A DNA stretch of 33,433 nucleotides from Nemertoderma westbladi (lineage: Eukaryota > Animalia > Xenacoelomorpha). The stretch is taken from contig JAUCBJ010001990.1 in NCBI GenBank assembly GCA_032718475.1, positions 1 through 33,433 of the forward strand, in the 5' to 3' direction. The stretch's first letter is position 1. Every line of letters starts with the position of its first letter. Below, in pieces: positions 1 through 10,874 of this stretch. The position numbers and the translations under genes were made by a program. The notes below the pieces were generated by a model that searched no databases, was not told the DNA's origin, and saw nothing but the letters and a program-made list of their open reading frames with translations.

Positions 1-64
1 CAGCGCCTGGGGGGGAACTGGCCAGCAAAGGCAAACGTATCAGTTATCCCACAAAAGCTTTTAC

Positions 65-2289
65 AGTCTGCGTGCTAGCAGAACAACGAAATCTGCCTTG
101 CCACGGCATGACTGGTCCTCTCTGTTGCAACAGCCAAGTGTGAGATCCAGCTTCACACTACAGCTGAGCAACAGGTATGAGGCTCTTGCCTCTGAGGCGG
201 CAGATCACTGTGAGGGCTATACTGCCTTTACAGAAGCAGTTAAGTTAGCAGCTGCAGAAACAGTTCCTGTATACCCTCGAAACAGGAAAAGGGCCCCCTG
301 GACTGACAACAAAATTCAGAAGTGCCGAAATGACCTTCATAAGGCGCAGAAAGAGTCCCGACTCAAACAGACTACAGCGGCCAAGAATGCAGTTAAAGCT
401 GCATCTAGGTCCCTGAACAGGCAGTACTCTGTTAATCTACAGGAGCTAATAAACCAACAGGTTGATGCCATCAATGATGCTGACGACAGCAGGCAATCAT
501 CCCAGGCATGGAAATCGATCAATCTGCTTACTGGGCGGAAAAGCCAACCAACCACCAAGGTTAAGGCTGAATCACCAGCCGATCGCCTCAATGGTTGGAA
601 AGCCCACTTTGAAAAGCTCCGCAATAATGACAGGGTATTGCCTGATAACTTTATAGAAGTAAAAGTGTCTGAGTCTGTACTCCCAGATATTCCCATTGGC
701 GATATCTCCTTTGCAGAAGTGAAGGCTGCTGCAAAGAGCATTAAGACCAATCGTGCCAGTGGAGTAGATGGTGTTCCCCCTGAGGTCTTTAAAATACCTG
801 AGTGTTTAAAGCTCATCTATCCCATCATAGTAGACATGTACCGTACAACAAGAGTCCCACAAGAAATGAAAACAAATAAGTTGGTGCCAGTTCCCAAGAA
901 GGGCAACCTAACACTCTATGGTTCTTTTCGGGGAATCTCATTGATCTCGATTGCTGCAAAACTATACAATAGAATTCTATTAAATCGCATCAGGGATCCC
1001 ATTGAGAGACTGCTACGTGGAAATCAGAATGGGTTCCGTAAAGGTCGTGGGACCATGGAGCCCATTTTGGCACTTAGAAGGATAATTGAAGAGTTATCAA
1101 AAAAGAAAGACAGGCATCTGGCTGTTATCTTTGTTGACTTCTTCAAGGCCTTTGATTCAGTCTCTCGCTCACGTATGTTCAGCATACTTTCATTATATGG
1201 GATTCCTGATGAAATTATTGCAGCAATCAGATCAGTATACGATGGTTCGACAACATTTGTGTCTACTGTTGATGGTGACACAGAACCATTTGAAGTGTTA
1301 TGGGGCGTCCTCCAAGGAGACACACTTGCACCATTCTTGTTCATTATTGTGGTTGACTATGTTCTACGCATGTCCTTAGATCATCATAATGATGATGGGG
1401 TGATGATAACTCCACCTACTGGCTCCAGAAGTCGAGGAAATCCTGCCAAGTACCTAACTGATCTAGACTTTGCTGATGACTTAGGAGTACTCTCAGAATC
1501 ATTAGAGGGAGCCCAGCGGCTCCTCAGCTCATTAGAACATGCTGCTTCTAGTGTTGGTCTTTTTATTAACTCCAGAAAGACAAAAATTCTGACAGTTAAC
1601 TTTGAAAGTCCTAGGCAAGTCTCTGATCGGATGAGCATAAGCTCAAAGGATGGTATGCTTGAGCATGTGGACGACTTCTGTTACCTGGGATCATGGATCC
1701 GGAAGTCAGGTGAGGACCTTCGAATACGTAAGGGAAAGGCATGGGCAGCCTTGAATAGGCTTTCCAGGATTTGGAAGTCACCTAGAATTAATCGGAAACT
1801 TAAGGTCCGATTATTCAGAGCAGCAGTAGTTCCAGTACTCCTCTACGGGAGTCCATGCTGGGCTCTAACTGCTGAGGACACCAAATCTCTGGATGGCACA
1901 TTCACAAGAATGCTACGCCGGGTACATTGTGTCAAGTACAATGCACACATCTCCAACCAGACACTATATAACATTGGAGGTGTCTCATTGGTTCCCCCAA
2001 GCTTGACACTAGAACAAAATCGCCTCCGCTTTGCAGGACATTGCTTTCGCCGTGAGGACCAGCCAGTGCATAATCTTGTACTTTGGCAGCCTCATGGAGT
2101 GAATAAGCATGGTGGACAGCCCATGACTTTATTGAGACGCATCTTAAAGGACACTGGCCTTAAAGATGCGGATGATCTAGCAAATGTCATGGGTGATAGG
2201 GAGTTGTGGCGGTGCAATTTTGTTGACAAGCCGGCACAGCATTCTTAAAAATGCAGCTGCAATGCAGCATGCCGATCCTAGTAGTAGTA
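65..2289 (+). mobile_element. RTE-clade-like non-LTR retrotransposon (LINE), 5'-truncated, copy 1, with (TAG)n tail
   Basis: RT ORF followed by a ~30-nt 3'UTR and TAGTAGTAGTA at 2279-2289. The same 3' end recurs at 32331-32380 and (minus strand) 20400-20445. No endonuclease motifs are visible; the 5' boundary is approximate. Confidence 0.9.
98..2248 (+). CDS. LINE ORF2 reverse transcriptase (endonuclease domain missing)
   Basis: RT motifs QNGFRKGR, FVDFFKAFDSV, GVLQGDTLAPFLF, LDFADD and FCYLGS. The C-terminus ends DRELWR with no zinc knuckle, as in RTE elements. The frame is open upstream of the TTG at 98, so this is not a true start. Confidence 0.93.
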   Translation: MPRHDWSSLLQQPSVRSSFTLQLSNRYEALASEAADHCEGYTAFTEAVKLAAAETVPVYPRNRKRAPWTDNKIQKCRNDLHKAQKESRLKQTTAAKNAVKAASRSLNRQYSVNLQELINQQVDAINDADDSRQSSQAWKSINLLTGRKSQPTTKVKAESPADRLNGWKAHFEKLRNNDRVLPDNFIEVKVSESVLPDIPIGDISFAEVKAAAKSIKTNRASGVDGVPPEVFKIPECLKLIYPIIVDMYRTTRVPQEMKTNKLVPVPKKGNLTLYGSFRGISLISIAAKLYNRILLNRIRDPIERLLRGNQNGFRKGRGTMEPILALRRIIEELSKKKDRHLAVIFVDFFKAFDSVSRSRMFSILSLYGIPDEIIAAIRSVYDGSTTFVSTVDGDTEPFEVLWGVLQGDTLAPFLFIIVVDYVLRMSLDHHNDDGVMITPPTGSRSRGNPAKYLTDLDFADDLGVLSESLEGAQRLLSSLEHAASSVGLFINSRKTKILTVNFESPRQVSDRMSISSKDGMLEHVDDFCYLGSWIRKSGEDLRIRKGKAWAALNRLSRIWKSPRINRKLKVRLFRAAVVPVLLYGSPCWALTAEDTKSLDGTFTRMLRRVHCVKYNAHISNQTLYNIGGVSLVPPSLTLEQNRLRFAGHCFRREDQPVHNLVLWQPHGVNKHGGQPMTLLRRILKDTGLKDADDLANVMGDRELWRCNFVDKPAQHS

Positions 2290-2357
2290 TGTGAGGATCG
2301 AACCCACGACCTACGGGAGATGTGAATTCAATGCAACCACTACACCAAGGTGGAACC
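2290..2357 (-). mobile_element. tRNA-derived SINE head (Pol III A/B boxes), interrupted by the LINE
   Basis: Minus strand reads GGTTCCACCTTGGTGTAGTGGTTGCATT...GGTCGTGGGTTCGATCCTCACA: A box TGGTGTAGTGG, B box GGTTCGATCC. No complete cloverleaf. Confidence 0.6.
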
Positions 2358-2393
2358 TCATAATTACTGTACAGTATATACTTATTCACTCAC

Positions 2394-2589
2394 CCAATAA
2401 CATACGATGGTGTAGCTTTTGGGTTAAAAGGTTCATAATCTTCACCAGTGAAGCGTACAAGTATTTCATCCTGGTACATATAGACCCTCAGGGGGTTAAT
2501 GGAAGTTATTACACAGTAGACCCCGATGTCAAACATTCTGTTGTCTATGACGTAGGGGTTGTGAATGAATTCTTGGATCATGAAATCGC
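2394..2589 (-). CDS. TTLL (ttll-15-like) exon 4; further exons expected beyond window start
   Basis: Acceptor ttgtctag, phase 1 matches exon 3. Encodes IQEFIHNPYVIDNRMFDIGVYCVITSINPLRVY, the TTL ATP-grasp core motif (QxYIxxPxLIxxxKFDxRxY-like). Donor GTGAGT at 2393. Confidence 0.9.
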
Positions 2590-3061
2590 CTAGACAACGT
2601 AATATGTTACAGTAAAAGTTAATCAACATAAACTCTCCGATTATTATTAATAGTTCATTGTCAAACGTTATTTAAAAATTATGCAACAATAAATATACAA
2701 TATTAGGACAAATATTGAATGATTTCGATTTTGAACAAATCAGTAGAAAACGCACGTCAGAATAATTTTTTTTATTTTAATCACCAAAGACTAATAAACC
2801 CATGGTACGTTTCGATATACTACTGTACGAAATATTCACCTTCAGCAAAACACAAACTCAATATTTAAAGTATCAGGATACTGTACATAAGCCTCACAGC
2901 CTAGCTAATGTATACTGATGACACTTTTAAATTTTTGTTTTAAATATTTGGCTGAAGATATTTCGTAATATATCGAAACTTACCATGATGGGTTTATTAC
3001 TTTTTTCGTTAATATTGATTTTCTTGATTAATAAGATTTCCAACTGGAACCATGATGTTAC

Positions 3062-3293
3062 CTGAATCAATTTTTTTCCAGTTTATATTTTTGGCATCTA
3101 CAATGTTAATGTTCCTGTGGCTCTTGTACTTGTAGATGTAAAGTTTCTCGGGGTTATCTGTCTCTATGTCTTTTGTAAATCTTTCTTTATCTTCAGGGAA
3201 TGTATAGCTCTTTGGGACGTAACTTCTCTGGGAGAATGTTTTTGCGAATGTTATCTTATTTAGGAAACACCCGTTACCTGGTAAATGGTTTAC
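3062..3293 (-). CDS. TTLL (ttll-15-like) exon 3
   Basis: Acceptor ttaattaag; encodes VNHLPGNGCFLNK...YVPKSYTFP...YIYK (TTL NHFPG-type motif); donor GTAACA at 3061, phase 1. Confidence 0.87.
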
Positions 3294-3772
3294 CTTAATT
3301 AAATACAATATGGAAAATTATAATTATCATACTCATATAGGTTTCATACATCTATTGGATCCTAGTATCTTCTATACGTGTTAGTATGTCATGATATTTG
3401 TTTGATTTTGATGTCATGGCAACAAATAATGTACACACCGGAAGAATGTACACCGGAATATTGATTCGTAGTAAACTTCCAAGTAGGCTGCAGTGCAGAA
3501 GGTAACAAACAATAAAATGTTATTGTAGCATTTTCTACTAGGCCTATATTGTTCAAGCTATTCCTGCGGGTGTACTGCTTACGTAGAAAGTTTAACTAAG
3601 AATGTACGTGTCTGGTTTCTGTATCATTCACGGTATCTGTCTGGGCACTTTAAGTATATTGTCTAGTAAGTACTGTAATAATCTTACTGGACAGTGTATC
3701 GGTAAGTGTATCTGTTTCTATATCTCTTATATTTATCGATAAATAATAGTGTAACAACAAAGTAAATCTCAC

Positions 3773-3934
3773 CTTTTGATGAGGTAGAATGGTAGAAACG
3801 GGATTATAAAATGGATAATCGAAAGCCCACATGATGTCCCACGCTCTGTGTGTGGCAGACATAGGATGTCCAAATTCCATACCCATACTCTGGGCTACAG
3901 ACATTACGTGCGTTAATTTGTTCAAAGTTTTCGT
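3773..3934 (-). CDS. TTLL (ttll-15-like) exon 2
   Basis: Acceptor ttttatag at 3935; encodes WDIMWAFDYPF...PHQK, the TTL N-terminal motif; donor GTGAGA at 3772; phase 0/0. Confidence 0.85.
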
Positions 3935-4310
3935 CTATAAAAATAAAGCAAAAATATGAAATTATGCTGTTGACGTTTAGTGGCAAAGCTATTTAAATTT
4001 TATTAGGTCTATGTCACAGGTACGGCAGAGATCTGTAGTAGTGACATGCACTAATTATTACAGATAGTGTCGCAAGTTCGTCGTGAGATTAAAAAACGGA
4101 AACTGGTCGCAAATTCCATATTTTGGTGGCGTGTTATTCTGTTATGATGAAAATATTTGACAACGTACTGTATCTGTCAGATCGATTTTTTCATAGAGTT
4201 GAATAGCGAGGTTTAAAGTTTGCAGTTATCAGATTTTTTATTAATAAAATCCTTTCTTTGTTGTAAAATTTTTGAATAAAAATGTATACCGATGCCTGTT
4301 TAATACTTAC

Positions 4311-4532
4311 GTTAGTAGCCCATATCCATATGAGTGGTCTTTCTCTGCCTGGATCTCTACCATTATCTTTCATTACAGTATTAGTGTGAATTTCAACTAA
4401 TGTATTCACACTTCGCAAATTCCACATCATTAACAGCAAATAGATAAAAGATAGAAAAACCACCAAAAACAACTGAAATCTTCTTGGACCAAACATTGTC
4501 ACCAACAATTTAGGGATATGTTTAAGTTCCAT
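4311..4532 (-). CDS. Tubulin-tyrosine-ligase-like (ttll-15-like) gene, exon 1, with N-terminal signal anchor
   Basis: ATG at 4532; hydrophobic stretch FQLFLVVFLSFIYLLLMMW; donor GTAAGT at 4310, phase 0, compatible with exon 2. Confidence 0.7.
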
Positions 4533-4867
4533 TGAATATAGTTAAATTAAATCTTTAAAGTAAAAAAATTCATTAATTACTGAACTGACTGTAATGCTAC
4601 CGTTATCGCAGCTATTTATATATAACAACAATAATAATTTACACGCTCAATCATTAAACTTGGCAAGCACTGTTTACGGTCAGGCCTACAGTACATGCCT
4701 ACAACATGTCCTGGGTAGTGTATTAATTTACTGACTTTTCCTTTTGACCCCCCCCCCCCCCTTCCCCTCCCCACCCAGGTTGTTCTAAACATCTGTACAA
4801 ATGTCGTATATATATACACCATTTTATAATTTCAGATGGGCAGATCTTACTTAGTCAATTTAGTAAT

Positions 4868-4950
4868 GAGAATAAAGTTCGGGTGGGATTGAACTGGTGA
4901 CCTCCAGGTTGGATGTACTGTATCACGCTCTAACCGTTCCTATAGCGGCT
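4868..4950 (-). mobile_element. Degenerate tRNA-derived SINE head
   Basis: Minus strand reads GGTTAGAGCG...GGAGGTCACCAGTTCAATCCCACCC (A- and B-box-like). Confidence 0.45.
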
Positions 4951-5574
4951 CATATAAAATATAGACCTGGAAATACTACGCCAGAGATAATCTCACCTCC
5001 TTCCTCCTTAGTGGTTAGGTCAGAATCTACTGTATATTTATACATTTATAATTTATTTTTTTTTATATTTATGTTTTAAAAATACGCCGTCGTTATTGTA
5101 CCAGTTCCAACACAGTTCTTCAATTCTTCAACCTTGCGTCAATGGCGCTACTGTAAATGACCGCAAACACTAAATGTTTGTTTAGTGGGTTTGAGAAATT
5201 AAATTACTTGCAGGTTACAGTGGCAGTGCTTTCTAACCAAAACAATAAGCGAGACTACATAGTAGACTACTATTCCCCATGTCGTCAATTTGCGCTGAAT
5301 GTCACAATTTACACTTGCGGTCAATGTGCACCACTATATTCTGTCAACCTTATAGTGGTGATCTGTACTAGGTAATATATTGGATACCAGAACCAGCAAT
5401 GGAAAGCTGACACACTATGAAAGGATTCGAAATATGTAATAAAATTTGAAATGCGTTGTAAAATAGCGGAGAGATGGGCGTTCGAAAGTTGAATGTGTTT
5501 GCTTCAAGAGGCGTCCTAAACACTGTGATGACTAAAACAATTCCCCATATAAAAAGTCGAGAGGTTTGGGGAAT

Positions 5575-6418
5575 CGGTACTAATTCGCCATGTCGACACC
5601 CCCTGTCATATTTTTAACCATTAATTTTTTGTGGTTTTGAGTGTTATTGTGATAATGGTGAATGTTCTAGAATCTTAGTAGGTATTTCTTTATGGTAGCT
5701 AGTGTTTTTTTTATTAGCTAGTATTTTTTGAAAATAAAAAATTTTACTTTTTTTTGTTAACATTATTAGATATGGTAGCTAGTATTTTTATGGTACTACT
5801 GTAGTGAATGATTTACTCGCTAGTACTAATAATAGTACGTATTTAAAATGTTTAAAACTGATTTTTTTAATATGTTGCGTTTGTACCGGTATAGGCCTAT
5901 GTGTTGTTGGTTAGTTAACAAGCCTAAATAATTACCGGTATCTTAGAATCATAGCTGGATTGCAATCAGGGACATTTTGGATTCAGAAAACTGTACACGA
6001 TGTTCAAAAGATATCCAACTATTTTTAATATAAGCTGTAAACTGTTATAATATCATCAATATATTTGATCATTAATATATTCTGCAACAGTTTAGGCCTA
6101 ATTCTGAAATATCAATGTTTTCACAAATTTATTTTATAATTTAAAAAAAAATACTAGCTAGTAAAAAAAACACTAGCTACCTTAATAAATAATATCTTGT
6201 AATGTTCACGAACACTTAACAAATAACAGAAAATATACAGTATTTTTAAAATTTCAAAAAATACGAGCTATTAAAAATAACACTAGCTACAGTACCCTAA
6301 AAAAATATATCTACTAAATATTCTAGAACATTGACCAATATCAAAAAATCATTAAAAAACACAAAAAGTGACAGCTAAGAAAAATGGAAGGGGGTGTCGA
6401 CATGACGAAGTAGCACCG
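5575..6418. mobile_element. Foldback MITE / non-autonomous DNA transposon
   Basis: 30-bp TIR CGGTACTAATTCGCCATGTCGACACCCCCT vs reverse complement of 6389-6418 (3 mismatches). Imperfect inverted arms extend >200 bp with repeated TAGCTAGT motifs. Flanks are GGGAAT/GGAAAT (possible degenerate TSD). Confidence 0.85.
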
Positions 6419-6872
6419 GGAAATCATGCCCGATAAATGCAATCCAGCCACAGGATGTGCTTATACTACAGTATACTACTAACTACAGTAGGCCTATATA
6501 CAGTAGCACAAATACTGATGTTGAATCTAGATCACATTTTTTTGTTTTAAAATATTTTATTAAAAAAAACAAAATTTTTTTAAAATAGCTAGTTTTTGGT
6601 ACTTTTTAATGTCCTAGAACATGTTAGCTAATTAAGGTTCTAGAACACGTTTTGTTCTGAACATTTTTCGAAAAAAAATTAAATAGTAAGTTGAACGTTA
6701 TACTATAGCCGTATTAAAAAAATGCGGTATATTGGCAGCCATCTATATTTTGTATAAAAATAACTAGCTAGTAAATATTTACTTGCTACGCGGACTATCT
6801 ACAGTAATAAAAATGACTATCTACCATATGACTCATAAATTATTCCAGACAAATTTAATTGTGGAAATCCCA

Positions 6873-7102
6873 TTTTGGCGAATTAATATCCCGCCTCAAT
6901 GTTAAATTCTCAACGAGGGAAATGAGCAAGTTACAGTGGCACGTTATTTTAACCAAACAATAAACTAAACACAATAGAACAGGTTATACAGTTTTATTTT
7001 TGAGAGTAATCACCTGTTAATTGCGTCCAATTTTCCCTGGAGAGGGATTAAATTTTATTGCGTCCAGCCACCCCCCCCCCCCCCCCCCCCCCCCCCTATC
7101 TG
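6873..7102. repeat. Dispersed repeat ending in a poly-C run, copy A
   Basis: Close match to 12184-12408 (cccgcctcaatgttaaattctca...ttgcgtccag-C(n)-tatctg); weaker match near 5205-5260. Confidence 0.85.
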
Positions 7103-7135
7103 GATATAGTTATATTATTAAAATTTTAAATTAGC

Positions 7136-7348
7136 ATCCATAAAATCCTTTCCTCACATACCAAACGCTGATAAGTTGACATAAATGTAACAAAATTACA
7201 TACATCATTGCTTGAAAGGTCACTTTTAAGCGTTAAAGACCCTCGTTTATTTATGTAAACCTCCCTCGCTGCGCTCGCTCGGTACATAAATAAACTCGGG
7301 TCATAACGCTGCAAAGTGCTACTTTGCACACAATGATGTAAATAGTTA
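7136..7348. repeat. Non-autonomous repeat, copy A (possibly Crypton-like)
   Basis: Direct repeat of 8246-8464. Contains a hairpin around CTCGCTGCGCTCGCTCGG and ends in ...CACAATGATGTAAATAGTTA. The superfamily call is tentative. Confidence 0.7.
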
Positions 7349-7764
7349 TTATTCAAAAAATGTAACATTACTCAACGTCGTTATTATTAACAGCGAGTTG
7401 TTATTTAGAACTTTACAACTTTTGAGGACATTGCAACATTATATTGGCCTGTACATTTAGTATTGTATTTGGTGTTATTAGTTAAGTAATGTCCCGTTTG
7501 TGGACATTACTTAACGCCGTCATTGGTTACCACGTAAACAATAGGTATTAATAACCAGTAAGGCCTACTGTAGCTATATTATTATAACATGGCTCCAAAT
7601 GCCACCATAAATATAAGCTAACTTATTTATAACATAATTTATGTCATTTTTACATTTATTTATACAGCAACTAATATAATTTCTGCAGTTTCTATCACTT
7701 ATAATGTATATGTGCAATAATTTCGTAATGTTAAAATTTTGGAATAAAACTACATACATACTTG

Positions 7765-7899
7765 TTGCAAAGTACTTTACAGTGTTCTGATCCTCGTGGC
7801 TTTATTTTCACTCACTTACTAACGTTCGTTCGTGTAACAAAGCCACTCGGATCATCACACTGTAAAGTGCTACTTTACACATAATGATGTAAATAGTTA
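7765..7899. repeat. Hairpin repeat sharing the same terminal motif
   Basis: Inverted arms ACTTTACAGTG..TGATCCTCGTGGCTTT / AAAGCCACTCGGATCA..CACTGTAAAGT, then AATGATGTAAATAGTTA. Confidence 0.65.
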
Positions 7900-8245
7900 T
7901 TGTTACATTACGTCAACTTATCAGCGTTGTGGTAAATCACTCGTAACGCTGCAAAGTAATCAATAAACTGGAAACAACTTCAATTACCGTATTCCAGAAT
8001 GTATTATTTCCATTTATATTAATACGTGCTTCTTTATTCAATAAAGCAGTACGTGTTTGCATAACGCGTGCGTCCAGTTTGCAAAGGTAACCCAGTTTGC
8101 TTCAGTCGACGATGGATCAAAGATTTATCACATCCAAGCAGGAGATAACAACAATAAACTTTAATTAGATATAAATGTTTAGTACCGGTACCTGTTAATA
8201 ATTTTCACTTTTATTCGAAATAGTACATGATTAAAATGTTCAAAT

Positions 8246-8464
8246 GATCCTAAAATCCTTTCTTCTAATACCGAACGCTGATAAGTTGAAATAATGTAAC
8301 AAAATTACATACATCATTGCTTGCGAAGGTCACTTTTCAGCGTTAAAGACCCTTGTTTATTTATGTAAACCTCCCTCGCTGCGCTCACTCGGTACATAAA
8401 TAAACTCGGGTGGTAACGCTGCCCTGCAAAGTGCTACTTTGCACACAATGATGTAAATAGTTAT
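8246..8464. repeat. Non-autonomous repeat, copy B (possibly Crypton-like)
   Basis: Direct repeat of 7136-7348. Confidence 0.7.
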
Positions 8465-8492
8465 AAATTATTCAAGCACTTTGGGTAAATAT

Positions 8493-10228
8493 CATAGCCT
8501 ACTATATTACAGGCCGTGCCAACGTGCAGGTACGATTCTGACTTGGCGGCCGACCTGTAATAACCTACCTATACTATTAGTGGTGGTGTCATCATCACAA
8601 AACCTGATAACTATGCACTAAATACGTTTTCCGTAGGATGCATGCATACGTTATGAAACTTTAATTAAACTTTATGTCATTGATTACAGTTTGTCTGTTA
8701 ATCTGCTGGATTATAATTAATTGAAATTGGTCTTTACACTTATGGTGTTACTTTATACTTAGCCTGATAACTTCACACTTAACGTAATTAACTTTACTGT
8801 ATGGCAATAAATAAAACATATCATTAGCACAACTTGATTGCTTTAATTGATGTTTCATTAGAGCTTGTAGGGGTGACTAATACACTGTAATTATTAAGAA
8901 ATATGTTGCACAGTCCGGTACAGCACACCTTTGGCACGACTTGGGCGAAATAACTATCCGCAATTGTTTCAAAAATATTGGTTAAACTAAAACGACATAG
9001 TCTGTGCTTGTAAACTAATAAACATGATGTAAGCAAAGAATGTAAACTGGACAAAGGTATCGGATGGTGTAACCAATTTCCCTCGATTTAGTTCACCAAG
9101 AAAGTTGCGGTTTCTTTATCATCATCAGTGGGATCAACGTGAGTACGAAGAGCAACAACAGTTTCATCACAAAACACACGGAGCATAGCAGAAACATCCT
9201 GTCTTTCAATAGGCTTTGGGTACACTGCCTTCTGTGTCAATCGATGGACAATCTTTATTGATGATGCCTTTTCTCGTTCAAAGAGACTTTCAATACAGGA
9301 CCATTTCGCTACACATCTATCAAATTCGATAGTTTTCGATTTTTCTGTGATCCAGTTATTGCGAATACATTTGAACAAATGTATAAATCCATAAGTCACA
9401 ATATCCCCCTCCAGAAACTGGGGTAAATCGTCCGGCCGTAATGATCGCATAGATGCAACGAGTTTCAGAGTTTACGGTTGCGGGGACGGTTGTTAGCGTG
9501 GGTGGGCGTGGGCGTACAACTTGGAGCGATGTCTGGCCACACAGATGGTGGATCTGCTGGAATCATTTTAATTGAGCGATAAGCACGGCGCTTTTCATGG
9601 TTTTCAGGCCAGTGGAGTTCACAAACAACGGTTTGTTTAGTCACATGCAAATTAGCACGCACTTTTGATAATACGGAAATCCATGACGATCTATAGGGCT
9701 CCTCCCCTGGCAGCCTGGAATACGGAAAACGCTGCATGGTGTGGCGTTTTTATAGTTTGACCGACCAGGCACTCTGGCACGCAGCACTTCCGAGGCATAT
9801 CGATATCCAAGCACCAAGTAGGCCTAATACCTGAATACCGGTAGACTTAGGCCTATAGTTTTAATTGGTAGTTTTAAATAGTTCTAAATTTTAGCGCCGG
9901 CGCTGCACATCTTTGCGATGGCTTCCACTTCCGACGCCGGTCGTAATGCTGCGTCGAAGACTTTCGGCGCAAAGGCACAAGTAGCCTAAAACTTATCTAA
10001 AACTTCTCAAAAGGGAGTACCAGTACACATACAAGTAAGACACGGAACACACCTAGGTCTGTCAGTCTGTAGGTAGTGTAACTGTGTAGGCTCCAATGCT
10101 GAATTCAGGTATTGCTGTCTGGCTGTAGGCCTACTGGCTTATTGCGGAGTCTGGTTCCAAGTCCAACTCGGCCGCCAAGTCAGAATTGTATCTGCACGTT
10201 GGCACGGCCTGTAATATAGTAGGCTATG
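8493..10228 (-). mobile_element. Internally deleted P-element-superfamily DNA transposon
   Basis: ~60-bp TIRs starting CATAGCCTACTATATTACAGGCC; perfect 8-bp TSD GTAAATAT (8485-8492, 10229-10236); THAP and transposase remnants inside. Confidence 0.93.
9088..9798 (-). pseudogene. THAP9/P-type transposase remnant (frameshifted THAP domain joined to a catalytic-region fragment)
   Basis: MPRKCCVPEC at 9798, then SVFRIP, W, VCELHW and PSVW across shifted frames (THAP C2CH). 9088-9450 encodes HLFKCIRNNW and LTQKAVYPKPIERQDV, typical of P transposases. Confidence 0.85.
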
Positions 10229-10874
10229 GTAAATATGTAACATTACAGGTAGGTATTATGCAAGGACCAAACAATGTATAAACTAATCAGTCATCCAACG
10301 TGCATCATCCTGGCTAATATTTTTATTGTAGGGAGGTATTTTTTAATATAATGTATACAATATGTAGGCCCGGGTGAGTGAGGGAGACTTGAACCCCAAA
10401 AGTTATAATCGCTCTAAAGGACAGATAAATGAATTTTTCAATGCCGTTTTAACTTTTTCACATTACATTTATGATTGCTATCATTATGTGAGAGTTTATA
10501 CAAATATAGATGGTCGTACACATGGTTCTCCCAACAAGAACTGAATAAATAATAGCTCATTAAAACCGCATTAAAATTCAACACGGGTAGGTACTTTTTA
10601 TTAATGATATTAATATCTTGTATAATTTTCAATCCAGGCACATATTAATTGTTTTCCTGTAATTCTATTGATGTGTGCCGCTTTCTGACGAAGTGGCATC
10701 TTGTTTAAGCTGTCAATCACCCAGTTGGCGGGCTACTAACTACATTGCAAAGAGGGAAGGAAGAGTTGGTTGGCTTGGTTTGGCTGGGTTTATCAAGACC
10801 TCTCTCTTTCTCTCTCTGGCCACTCCATTGTATTCATTCCCTATGTACAACTAGTTGTTCTGCTGTTGTTCTCA

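Noticed and set aside
337-1638. Antisense and alternate-frame ORFs over the LINE RT
   Set aside because: Shadows of the long ORF with no independent motifs.
2290-2357. Functional tRNA gene
   Set aside because: Has A/B boxes but no proper acceptor or anticodon stems; treated as a SINE head. The same applies to 4868-4950 and ~10370-10416.
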